Positions 47,530-55,643 of a stretch of DNA of 64,000 nt are shown here, piece after piece. The notes beneath the pieces are model-generated. The model was given only the letters and a program-made list of their open reading frames with translations, had not been told where the DNA came from and made no database searches. Source of the DNA: a virus (taxonomy: Duplodnaviria; Caudoviricetes); IMG/VR virus record IMGVR_UViG_3300046804_003398. One strand, given 5' to 3'. Each line of letters starts with the position of its first letter. Position 1 is the stretch's first letter. The translations under genes were made by a program, and so were the position numbers.

Positions 47530-47946
47530 TTAGAAGCTACCACTACCGCTTTGGCTACCGCTGAATGAGCCAGTAGCACAACAATCAACACCCAATATTG
47601 GACAGAAGTATCCAAGTAATTTCCATGTGGTAGGACCAGCAGCTGTTTTAACCCAAGAGGCTTTCTTGTTGATGCCTTGGGTTAAAACATACTGTGTTTT
47701 CTTAGTAAGATCTGGAAATTGATCTGATAATGAATTGAAATCTGCGTCTGTATTTGATCTATACCAAATCAAATTGTCATTTTTAATGAGCAAATCACCT
47801 GGATCACCAGTGAATACACCTTCAGGAGAATTATCTTTTTCCGTCGTTGTTCTAGCAGACTTCGCAAATTGAGTCAGTTTAGATACAAATTTCTGATATC
47901 TATCTGCAAAGGTATAATTAACGGATGGATTTTTACTTTTTCCCAT
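47530..47946 (-). CDS. hypothetical protein with a tail-fibre-like SPEG...W motif
   Basis: NSPEGVFTGDPGDL...WVKTAAGPTTW; Gly/Ser-rich tail. Confidence 0.55.
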   Translation of the reverse strand: MGKSKNPSVNYTFADRYQKFVSKLTQFAKSARTTTEKDNSPEGVFTGDPGDLLIKNDNLIWYRSNTDADFNSLSDQFPDLTKKTQYVLTQGINKKASWVKTAAGPTTWKLLGYFCPILGVDCCATGSFSGSQSGSGSF

Positions 47947-47974
47947 TTCTTTACCATAATAAATAGTAAAAATC

Positions 47975-49156
47975 TCATCTTCCTACCTCACCAAAGTAAA
48001 GTTTTTTTGAGTCTTCATAAGACATTCCGATCATTTTGTTATAATACAGAACGTCTCCTTTCAATCTATTCTCACTTTTGAGAGTCTTATATCTTGCAAT
48101 TGCCTTTTGTCTCCACCAATCAATAATGTATTTTTCATTGTAAATTGGATTCAACTCTAGCTTGCTTTCTTCAATTTCTCCTCTTAGGAAATCCCTACTA
48201 TTACGATAGGGACAAGCATAATAGGTTCCACGTTCATAACCATGGACATATTCAGCTGCTTTAATTTCACATTGAGAGAAAATCATGCTCAACACACGAT
48301 TCTTGGCACCAGTTACAGGTCCACTAACACCTTCTTTTTGGGTCATTGCCTGTTTGTATTTGTCAGCCTTGTTCTCTTTAATCCAGTCATGCCATACCTT
48401 GTAAATAGCATCATCTGGCTTAATAGTCATTTTACCACTACTGGTTCCACACTTGTGCCACCACTTGAGACTATTATACATACTGTAACTGCCATATAGA
48501 CTGGTTGTGGTAATACCAGCTAGAGTCTGACCATACAACTGCTTCCAAAGATTTCTTACGGTCTCACCAGTTACTAATCCCGCAATCAACTTTCCACCCA
48601 AGAAGTTGTATCCAAATGGTTGTGTAGACATAATACAACTACCAATTGCACTGTTGTTCAACTTCTTACCTTTTAACTTTGCATCTGGAGTCCAACCAAT
48701 ATAGTTATCACGATCAGTAATTGTAATAACATCACTAGACATACTGATTACACCAAGATATCTAGGATTGTCTTTGTTACCATCACTAATCAACAATTTG
48801 ATGAATCTGCCTGGGGTTTGATCATATGCCATTGTATGAACAAACGTTCTAAGCATTACCCATTCAGTATCCAGTGCAGTATTATCTACATGAACTACCG
48901 TTGGATTGATGCTTTCAATTTCTTTAATAGTGGCTGCTTCATCATTTAGATCTGTTGGTGTCCAAATCTTGTTTCTGGCAATTGCTGCTCGTTCAGAATA
49001 ATGATTCAATTCTTGCAGTTCGACCCACTTCTTGTAGAAGGTTTGTTCTTCTACAGACATCGACTTGAGATAATTGAGATTGTCAATTAGTTTCTTCTTG
49101 TTTGTCTCATAGTCGAATTGTTCGATTCCACTAAAATATTCTTGTAATACGTCCAT
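47975..49156 (-). CDS. DUF4338 (Druantia DruA-like) protein
   Basis: PGR, YLGVI.M.SD....DRD.YIGW, QPFGYNFLGGKL, TTTSLYG..S.YN. Confidence 0.7.
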   Translation of the reverse strand: MDVLQEYFSGIEQFDYETNKKKLIDNLNYLKSMSVEEQTFYKKWVELQELNHYSERAAIARNKIWTPTDLNDEAATIKEIESINPTVVHVDNTALDTEWVMLRTFVHTMAYDQTPGRFIKLLISDGNKDNPRYLGVISMSSDVITITDRDNYIGWTPDAKLKGKKLNNSAIGSCIMSTQPFGYNFLGGKLIAGLVTGETVRNLWKQLYGQTLAGITTTSLYGSYSMYNSLKWWHKCGTSSGKMTIKPDDAIYKVWHDWIKENKADKYKQAMTQKEGVSGPVTGAKNRVLSMIFSQCEIKAAEYVHGYERGTYYACPYRNSRDFLRGEIEESKLELNPIYNEKYIIDWWRQKAIARYKTLKSENRLKGDVLYYNKMIGMSYEDSKKLYFGEVGR

Positions 49157-49175
49157 ATTTATAAACTAGTATATC

Positions 49176-49415
49176 ATGAAGTTTAAAAAGATCAATCCAA
49201 AAGAAGAAACGTTTTTTGTATTCGAAACGAGTCAAAGATCTTTTAGTATATTTGACAGTCAGTTGGATGAACCTATCTATTATGGTAGTTGGAACATGTG
49301 TGAAGGTGTTGTTAAAAACATCAAAAAACACATGAAAGATGCTTCTATCTATTACTACTCAAAAGAAAAAAGCGGACAGCTTAAGCTAAGTCCGCTTTGG
49401 TCTCACAATATTTGA
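49176..49415 (+). CDS. hypothetical protein (single plus-strand gene in a minus-strand block)
   Basis: Fills the gap between two minus-strand genes; ATATTTATA box 12 nt upstream. Confidence 0.6.
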   Translation: MKFKKINPKEETFFVFETSQRSFSIFDSQLDEPIYYGSWNMCEGVVKNIKKHMKDASIYYYSKEKSGQLKLSPLWSHNI

Positions 49416-49423
49416 ATCAACTA

Positions 49424-49795
49424 TCACACAGACATAGTGACATTCTGTGACTTGGTTGACTCAGCAATCGTGACAACGGACTCTTCCTTAGAAGCATTGA
49501 CACTCAAAACATTGACACTCAATCCATCCTTAAGCACAACACCCTTACTCTTTGCTTCTGCAATATGTTCTTGAGTAATAGGTGAACATGCCAACACCAA
49601 ACGAGGACGGCCCTTACCATTGTGAAGATATCCAACCTCCGAAACCATGTTATCGGAAATCGACTTCTTGAGTCGAACTCGCAACGTGATGTTGACAAAC
49701 TCGGGGTTCTTCTGGTTTAGTTCCTCAATTGTGAAGATATTCTTCGGCCAAGTGACGGTGAGGTTTGTCTTGTTCTTACGATCAGTCTTTTTCAT
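49424..49795 (-). CDS. putative winged-helix DNA-binding protein
   Basis: FTIEEL..KNP..V.ITLRVRL helix pattern and GKGRPR wing; AAAGGA SD. Confidence 0.55.
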   Translation of the reverse strand: MKKTDRKNKTNLTVTWPKNIFTIEELNQKNPEFVNITLRVRLKKSISDNMVSEVGYLHNGKGRPRLVLACSPITQEHIAEAKSKGVVLKDGLSVNVLSVNASKEESVVTIAESTKSQNVTMSV

Positions 49796-49852
49796 TTTTT
49801 ATCCTTTCTTGTATTTATGTTTATAGTTTAGGTATGATCTACCTGTGTTTAA

Positions 49853-49881
49853 ATTATATCAGAAGAGTTGTTATACGTCAA
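49853..49881 (-). promoter_or_regulatory. sigma70-type promoter overlapping the VWA gene stop
   Basis: TTGACG-17-(tga)TATAAT. Confidence 0.65.
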
Positions 49882-51970
49882 CACTTTCCAACATCTTTTT
49901 ATTGAGCGTGTTCACAATCTGGTTGATATTTTCAACATTAATAAACACACCGTCCTTGCCATACATGGTTTTGAACATATTAGCAGATTGTGGCGGAACA
50001 GTGTTATTTTCACTAATAAAGTAAGAAATAACCCGATAGTTCATGTTACGAATCTTGTTAACTTGCTTTCTGGTATGAGAAGCAGCATCAGCACCACTAT
50101 ATCCAACGGGTATCTGAACGCTTTCGCCATTGAAAGAAAAACATGGTTCGCCATCAGAAATATTGATGAAGTAGCTGTCCATATCAGCTCCACCTTCAGG
50201 CATTTCTTTCATGATTGCCTCAAAACTCAATCCTTCGGGAGTCAACCCATCTGGATGAATAAAAGCAAACAAATTCTTGAGCTTGACAATCTTATCCTTA
50301 TTGGAATCATATGCCATAACAACATAAGGCATCTTATCCATAGTAGACCTAAAACTAATGGTGACACGAATGTTTTCCAACATACTGGCAGCCTTAGCAA
50401 TTGAAGTGCAAAGAAGCATAGTCTTATTCCACTTGCTTCCTCTCATACTAGCACTAGCATCAACACTGATATGAAAGTTCATCTTCTTGTATTTAGAAGT
50501 AGCAGTGGTGTAAAAGATGTTTTCTGCATCAAAACCCAACTCATGGATAATACGCTTGTCAAGCCGTCCAGTTTCCCTACGAGTAAACTTTTCAATATTT
50601 ACTTCGTTACGAAATTGAAGACGCTTACCAATCTTGGTTCCAAGACTAATACCACGATCAATGATTTTCTGTAACTCAATAACTTGAGGAATAGAAGCCA
50701 CATCTTTATATCCATACCAAGACCTAGCAGGTCCAAGCGGAAACTCTTCAGACGTAGCCAATTCCTTAGTGAGGTTCTTGACCAAAATACATTCAATAGC
50801 GCCAACGTTGTTCTGACTGATAACATATTCGTTACCAACGTCAATCAGATCAATTTGACTACGTTCCAATATATTAAGAACCTGATTCTCCTTCTTGGAA
50901 ACCTTCTTCTTCTTGAGATTACCAGAAACAAATTCCTTCTGCTTTTCAAAAGCCCTTGCAATCTTGCTCTTCTTGGTTTGAGACACACTATCATCCTCGC
51001 CAACGTTAGTATCGGCAGTAGGTGCATCCGTTGCCTCTACAGAGGTAGTATCGCCACCAAGAGCATCTTCTTCATCTTTAGGATTAACCTTGTCAGACTT
51101 TTCACCAGATTCAGCCTTGGTTTCTTGACCCTTGGAATCCTCCTTTTGTTCGTCGCCACCAGAAGCATTGACATCCATCTTGGGTTGAGGAACCATCTTA
51201 GCTTCGTTGATGTTCTTGAATATAATTGTAGCAACTTCAAATGCACACTCAAGACGAGACATACCAGTGTCCAATCGACTGATGTTTGTCAAATCGATAG
51301 TCTTGGCAATTTCATACAGACCAGGCAAAGCATCCAGATCAGTATACTTATTGGTGATATTGATGATACGATATATGTATGACTCGGTGTTAAGCGACCT
51401 GTATAGGTTGCTCTTGAGTCCATCATCAATGATACTGGTGTTGAAATACTTGTCGTAAAGCGCCTCATAGTAACCTCGGTAACCAGGCGCATTCTTGTAT
51501 ACAGTGTAGTCAATGTATCGGTCTTCGATAATATTGAACAAAGTCTTACAGACGTTTGCCACTTCCTCCTTGGAAATGTTCAGGTTAATGGCACAATCAT
51601 AGATTTCTCTAGGAACCTTCTGCCACAAAGTCTTATACAAATCAAAATCAGAATAACAGATGTGGCTGCCTTCATGCAGCGCCAATCCGACAGCCACATC
51701 AAAGTTATTCTTTTCATTAACATCAGCACCAATATACACGGTCTTACCGTCAGTCATACTAACGTTTTGATCGTTAAACATGACGGGAATGTTTTTACTG
51801 GTGAGAATTGATACGTAGTTAGAAATAGCCCTACGTGCGGCCGACAACCTAATTAGGTGAGCAGTTGTTTCAGTCTGGGCACTAGAAAGATCAAGATCAT
51901 CGGATTCGTCTGTAAAATCCCAATCCATGTCATAATCCTTCATCCAGAAGTCGCTGTGTTGCTTTCCCAT
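49871..51970 (-). CDS. VWA (CobT/ViaA-like) protein with N-terminal zincin-like domain
   Basis: LHEGSH (HExxH) plus NIIEDRYI; acidic linker; MIDAS VDASASM, TPEG, ISDGEP. Confidence 0.8.
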   Translation of the reverse strand: MGKQHSDFWMKDYDMDWDFTDESDDLDLSSAQTETTAHLIRLSAARRAISNYVSILTSKNIPVMFNDQNVSMTDGKTVYIGADVNEKNNFDVAVGLALHEGSHICYSDFDLYKTLWQKVPREIYDCAINLNISKEEVANVCKTLFNIIEDRYIDYTVYKNAPGYRGYYEALYDKYFNTSIIDDGLKSNLYRSLNTESYIYRIINITNKYTDLDALPGLYEIAKTIDLTNISRLDTGMSRLECAFEVATIIFKNINEAKMVPQPKMDVNASGGDEQKEDSKGQETKAESGEKSDKVNPKDEEDALGGDTTSVEATDAPTADTNVGEDDSVSQTKKSKIARAFEKQKEFVSGNLKKKKVSKKENQVLNILERSQIDLIDVGNEYVISQNNVGAIECILVKNLTKELATSEEFPLGPARSWYGYKDVASIPQVIELQKIIDRGISLGTKIGKRLQFRNEVNIEKFTRRETGRLDKRIIHELGFDAENIFYTTATSKYKKMNFHISVDASASMRGSKWNKTMLLCTSIAKAASMLENIRVTISFRSTMDKMPYVVMAYDSNKDKIVKLKNLFAFIHPDGLTPEGLSFEAIMKEMPEGGADMDSYFINISDGEPCFSFNGESVQIPVGYSGADAASHTRKQVNKIRNMNYRVISYFISENNTVPPQSANMFKTMYGKDGVFINVENINQIVNTLNKKMLESVDV

Positions 51971-52001
51971 AAATTAAGTCGGTTAATTGTTGTTTATACT
52001 A

Positions 52002-53000
52002 TTAGAACGGAACCTGATTGTTTTCCTTGATAGGATCGTTGAACAGATTGGTCTTGGATTCAGTCTTGATATACTTTTGAACAAGCTGTTTCACATAGGT
52101 CCGTTCACTGTCAACGCCACCATCGTCACTGAAATTAGGATAAATGGTAGTCTCGGCAATTTCAAGCAAATTAAATCCGTCAACAATAAGTTCAGCAATC
52201 TCGACGGTTGAACGAGTAGGAAGAAAATTGGTAATCTTGCTATCTTCCAACTTGACTTGCTTACGGGTATGATCCGCAATGTCACACACAGCATTAAGCA
52301 TATCAAGCTTATCTACATCGGTGATATCAAAACGGGACTTCAACAGTTGAAACTCACTGGCACGATCCAGAGGAGTCATTTCGATCTTGACTGGGAATCG
52401 TGAAAGCAAAGCACGGTCCATAACACGGGTAGCGGTGTATTCATTACCAACATTTGCAGTAGCAATAAATGTGACCCCATCCGCAACCTTCACGATTTCA
52501 CTATCTTCCTTCTCATCAAGACGAAGATAACGTTGAAGGTCATCAAGAACGGTCATAAGAATATTAACACCATCGTGATGAGAACGAGAAATTTCATCAA
52601 GAAGAATGATGGCGTTGGGAGTGCGAATAGCCTTAACAAAGCTGGACTCCTTGAAGAAGGTTCCACTAGACTTGTCGAAGTGCGTATTTCCAATAAGAGA
52701 TGCACGGGCATCTTGAGTAGCTCCAAGATTGAAGTAGAAAAACTTGTTTTCCTTACCAACAACCTTGGCAACAGTTTGAGCAGCAAGAGTCTTGCCGCAA
52801 CCAGTGGGTCCAAGAAGAAGAATGTTCTTGCCACGAATTGTGGACCGAACCATATACTTCCACTTGACATCATCCATAATCAGAGAAGATGGACGCAAAT
52901 CCTTGCACGTATCAAGGAACTTCTTAATATCAAAATTCGCCGTCACGGTCAAATTCATTTCATTGCCTTTTTTGTTTTTCATAGGTGATCTCAACACCAC
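52002..53000 (-). CDS. MoxR/CobS-like AAA+ ATPase; start probably 52982 or just downstream
   Basis: GPTGCGKT, LLDEISR, FIATAN.G.EY, DRALLSRF. Confidence 0.9.
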   Translation of the reverse strand: MVLRSPMKNKKGNEMNLTVTANFDIKKFLDTCKDLRPSSLIMDDVKWKYMVRSTIRGKNILLLGPTGCGKTLAAQTVAKVVGKENKFFYFNLGATQDARASLIGNTHFDKSSGTFFKESSFVKAIRTPNAIILLDEISRSHHDGVNILMTVLDDLQRYLRLDEKEDSEIVKVADGVTFIATANVGNEYTATRVMDRALLSRFPVKIEMTPLDRASEFQLLKSRFDITDVDKLDMLNAVCDIADHTRKQVKLEDSKITNFLPTRSTVEIAELIVDGFNLLEIAETTIYPNFSDDGGVDSERTYVKQLVQKYIKTESKTNLFNDPIKENNQVPF

Positions 53001-53002
53001 CT

Positions 53003-53030
53003 ATCCTACCACACAGTTTTTGTATGTCAA
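53003..53030 (-). promoter_or_regulatory. early-type sigma70 promoter for the MoxR-VWA operon
   Basis: TTGACA-16-(gtgtgg)TAGGAT. Confidence 0.65.
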
Positions 53031-53035
53031 CACCC

Positions 53036-53067
53036 AAATAAAAAAACCGCTGATTTTGTCAGCGGTT
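53036..53067 (-). terminator. rho-independent terminator
   Basis: AACCGCTGA/TCAGCGGTT 9-bp stem followed by UUUUUUAUUU on the minus strand. Confidence 0.8.
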
Positions 53068-53089
53068 CGTTTTGTTATTTTTAATCAAA

Positions 53090-53437
53090 TTAACGGTGCC
53101 AGTGATGATGGTGATGATATCTGTAAACCGGCGTTGGACAGCCTGGATACACTACCACACTAGGTGACGCATAATAAACAACTGGAGCAGGCTGCACATA
53201 AACAACAGGTGCTGGTTGAACTACTACCGGCTGTTGGACTACCACGGGTTGTTGAACTACTACCGGCTGTTGAACGTAAACCACTTGAGGAGCAGGATTT
53301 ACAATCTTATCAATAACATGAACAACAGCTACACCTGTCAAAACCTTACCAACTGTTGCCCATTCTCGATCTCCCGCCTTGACCGTCTGTGATGCTAATA
53401 CCGAAGCAAGAGCAACACCCATTACCATTTTAATCAT
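53090..53437 (-). CDS. secreted Pro/Val/Gln-repeat protein with His-rich C-terminus
   Basis: Signal peptide, GDREWATVGKVLTG, QQPVVV repeats, HHHHHWHR; AAAGGA SD. Confidence 0.75.
   Translation of the reverse strand: MIKMVMGVALASVLASQTVKAGDREWATVGKVLTGVAVVHVIDKIVNPAPQVVYVQQPVVVQQPVVVQQPVVVQPAPVVYVQPAPVVYYASPSVVVYPGCPTPVYRYHHHHHWHR
53211..53281 (-). repeat. 18-nt degenerate tandem repeats encoding QQPVVV
   Basis: CAACAGCCGGTAGTAGT-type units repeated about 3 times. Confidence 0.7.
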
Positions 53438-53498
53438 ATATGTCCTTTTAGTTATAATTTAGACCAACGCAGATTGGACGAAGACGGATTTATGTTAT

Positions 53499-53864
53499 TC
53501 AAGCATGTGGAGGGGTTGGTCCACCACCGCCACCACCCAAGAACTTTGTAAAAACATATGAAAAAAATGCGCCACCAAGAGCAGAAGCGGTAGTTACCAT
53601 ACCCGCAAGATAATATCTAAAATACTCCAATGCAACCACTTTATTGTTAACTTCTGTAATGTTCTTTGTCAACGTAGCATTGAAGGTGTCAATTTTATTA
53701 TCAATCTTTGTTTCTACTTCATTTATTTTTTTATGCAGCGCACTGTTGTTTTCTTTTTCAGTGTTCTGCATCGTTGTCAACGTTGAATTCATCGCCTGTA
53801 ATTGGGTATTGATTGACGACAATACCGCATCGTAACTATTTGGATTGAATTCTCCGTCTGCCAT
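53499..53864 (-). CDS. coiled-coil protein with C-terminal transmembrane helix (holin/XhlA-like)
   Basis: FNPNSYDAVLSSI, long coiled coil, transmembrane YYLAGMVTTASALGGAFFSYVF. Confidence 0.5.
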   Translation of the reverse strand: MADGEFNPNSYDAVLSSINTQLQAMNSTLTTMQNTEKENNSALHKKINEVETKIDNKIDTFNATLTKNITEVNNKVVALEYFRYYLAGMVTTASALGGAFFSYVFTKFLGGGGGGPTPPHA

Positions 53865-53875
53865 AACAATGTATT

Positions 53876-54517
53876 TTACTTTTTACGAGCCTTACCGCCC
53901 TTGGTGTATTTGACTACCAACTTTTGTAGATTCTTTGGTAGCTTTGGAGGTTCATAAGATGGATTCTTAGACTTATGATCTACCTGCTTTTCAGTCTTTC
54001 CAACAGGACGCATAGGTTCAGTTGGATCATCTTTTGGTTCATTCATGGCCTTCGCCTTGATAGACTTTACTACCTTGTTGTCTTTTTCTGGATCAACCAA
54101 GTTTTGTTCTTCTGATGCCTTGTCTGCTTTCTTACCACCTTCTTTATCCTTGCTGTTTTCTACATTCTTTTCATAAGCATTATCAACATAGTTTAGTTCT
54201 TTTGAATTCAACCACTCTTTGACATACTTCTTGACATCCTCAAATGGAATATACAAAATCTTTTGACGTTCTACACCGTCTTTAAAGTATTGTAAATCAA
54301 AGATATCATGAACTATAGGACGAATGTTAATGTGATGAGGCTCACATTCGCATACGTTGTAGTTTCCAGCATCGTCAAGAGTAATAGGCTTCTTGATTTC
54401 TTTAGATAAAGATTCCATCATTTCAGCCCAGGTCTTATTGACCTCAGTCGTCTTTTCCTCAATGACCTCTCTTACTATCTTTTTTACAGCATTTTTCAGT
54501 TGATCTCTATAGTTCAT
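53876..54517 (-). CDS. hypothetical protein, possibly a virion component
   Basis: N-terminal LKNAVKKIVREVIEE; charged low-complexity C-terminus; TATTTATA box upstream. Confidence 0.55.
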   Translation of the reverse strand: MNYRDQLKNAVKKIVREVIEEKTTEVNKTWAEMMESLSKEIKKPITLDDAGNYNVCECEPHHINIRPIVHDIFDLQYFKDGVERQKILYIPFEDVKKYVKEWLNSKELNYVDNAYEKNVENSKDKEGGKKADKASEEQNLVDPEKDNKVVKSIKAKAMNEPKDDPTEPMRPVGKTEKQVDHKSKNPSYEPPKLPKNLQKLVVKYTKGGKARKK

Positions 54518-54569
54518 ATGGTAAGTCTATCATATAAATATACGTCACTCATTAAAAGTGACATATTAT

Positions 54570-55631
54570 TTATAACTTAAATCCGTCGAAAGCATTCTCT
54601 GTAATTGTGTTATCCACACCCTTTACATAGCTACTCAACTCGGTTTCTTGAGGAGCCACTTGAAGCTTCTTACTGTCATAGTAACTGTCCAACCAACCAG
54701 CCAACGGATTGGTCTTGGCATTAGGATACAACTTCTTATATCCAATGCTTTGTAGACGGTTATTAGCCAACCACTCAACGTAGGTGTTCAAACTGTCATT
54801 GGTCAATCCAACAAGGTTACCCTTACTGAATAGATAATTAGCCCAGTCCTTTTCAGCCTCTACAGCAATTTTGTATGCTTCGTATACCTTGTCTTCGGAC
54901 TTCTTAACAATATCTTGGAATCCTTCTTCCTTGTTTTCACTCAAATAACGAAGAATATTTTGGGTAATAGCAACGTGTAGATTTTCGTCACGACTGATGA
55001 ACTTAATAATCTTAGCATTACCTTCCATCTTTCCACGATATCCAAAGTAGAAACTACAAGCAAACGACACATAGAAAACAAGACCCTCGGTGATCTGTGT
55101 AGCCAAAATAGCATCAAAGATCTGTTGTCGAATGTCATCCTTGTCGGTTGCCAAAAGAGCATCATACTTCTCACTAATAGCCTTGGCTCTCTTTACAATC
55201 TCGGTGTCTTCAAGAATACTATCAAAGAACTTGGTAGCATCTGGATACACGTTGTTGAGAATGTATGTATATGAATTACTATGAATAGTCTCAAAGAAAC
55301 TCCAAGTGTTCATACAAATCTCCAACTCGGGATTTGTGACATGTTTCATCATTTGGTGAATACTACGACTCAACATACTATCGGTCATAGTTTGAAACTT
55401 GAGGTTACTATCGAATACAAATCGTTCTTCATCAGAAAGATTCTTGTAGTCACTAATATCCTTCACCAACGAAACCTCCTGCGGTCTCCAGAAGAAATTC
55501 AGTTGTTGATCATATAGATCGTAAAACTTCGGATACTTTTGTTTGTCATATCGTTGAAGTGACAAGTCCTCTCCCAAGAACAATGGATTCTTCGTTGCGT
55601 CAATATTAGTTTTATTCAATACAGTCTTCAT
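54570..55631 (-). CDS. nrdB: ribonucleotide reductase class Ia beta subunit
   Basis: FWRPQEV, TDS, ETIHSNSY (radical Tyr), EGLVF, RDENLH, APQETE..SY; AGGAG SD. Confidence 0.97.
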   Translation of the reverse strand: MKTVLNKTNIDATKNPLFLGEDLSLQRYDKQKYPKFYDLYDQQLNFFWRPQEVSLVKDISDYKNLSDEERFVFDSNLKFQTMTDSMLSRSIHQMMKHVTNPELEICMNTWSFFETIHSNSYTYILNNVYPDATKFFDSILEDTEIVKRAKAISEKYDALLATDKDDIRQQIFDAILATQITEGLVFYVSFACSFYFGYRGKMEGNAKIIKFISRDENLHVAITQNILRYLSENKEEGFQDIVKKSEDKVYEAYKIAVEAEKDWANYLFSKGNLVGLTNDSLNTYVEWLANNRLQSIGYKKLYPNAKTNPLAGWLDSYYDSKKLQVAPQETELSSYVKGVDNTITENAFDGFKL

Positions 55632-55643
55632 ATTCTCCTTTCA

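Noticed and set aside
50684-51382. 232-aa plus-strand ORF
   Set aside because: Antisense shadow of the VWA gene
54544-54562. GTCACT/AGTGAC hairpin after nrdB
   Set aside because: Only a 6-bp stem with no clear U-tract; too weak to call a terminator
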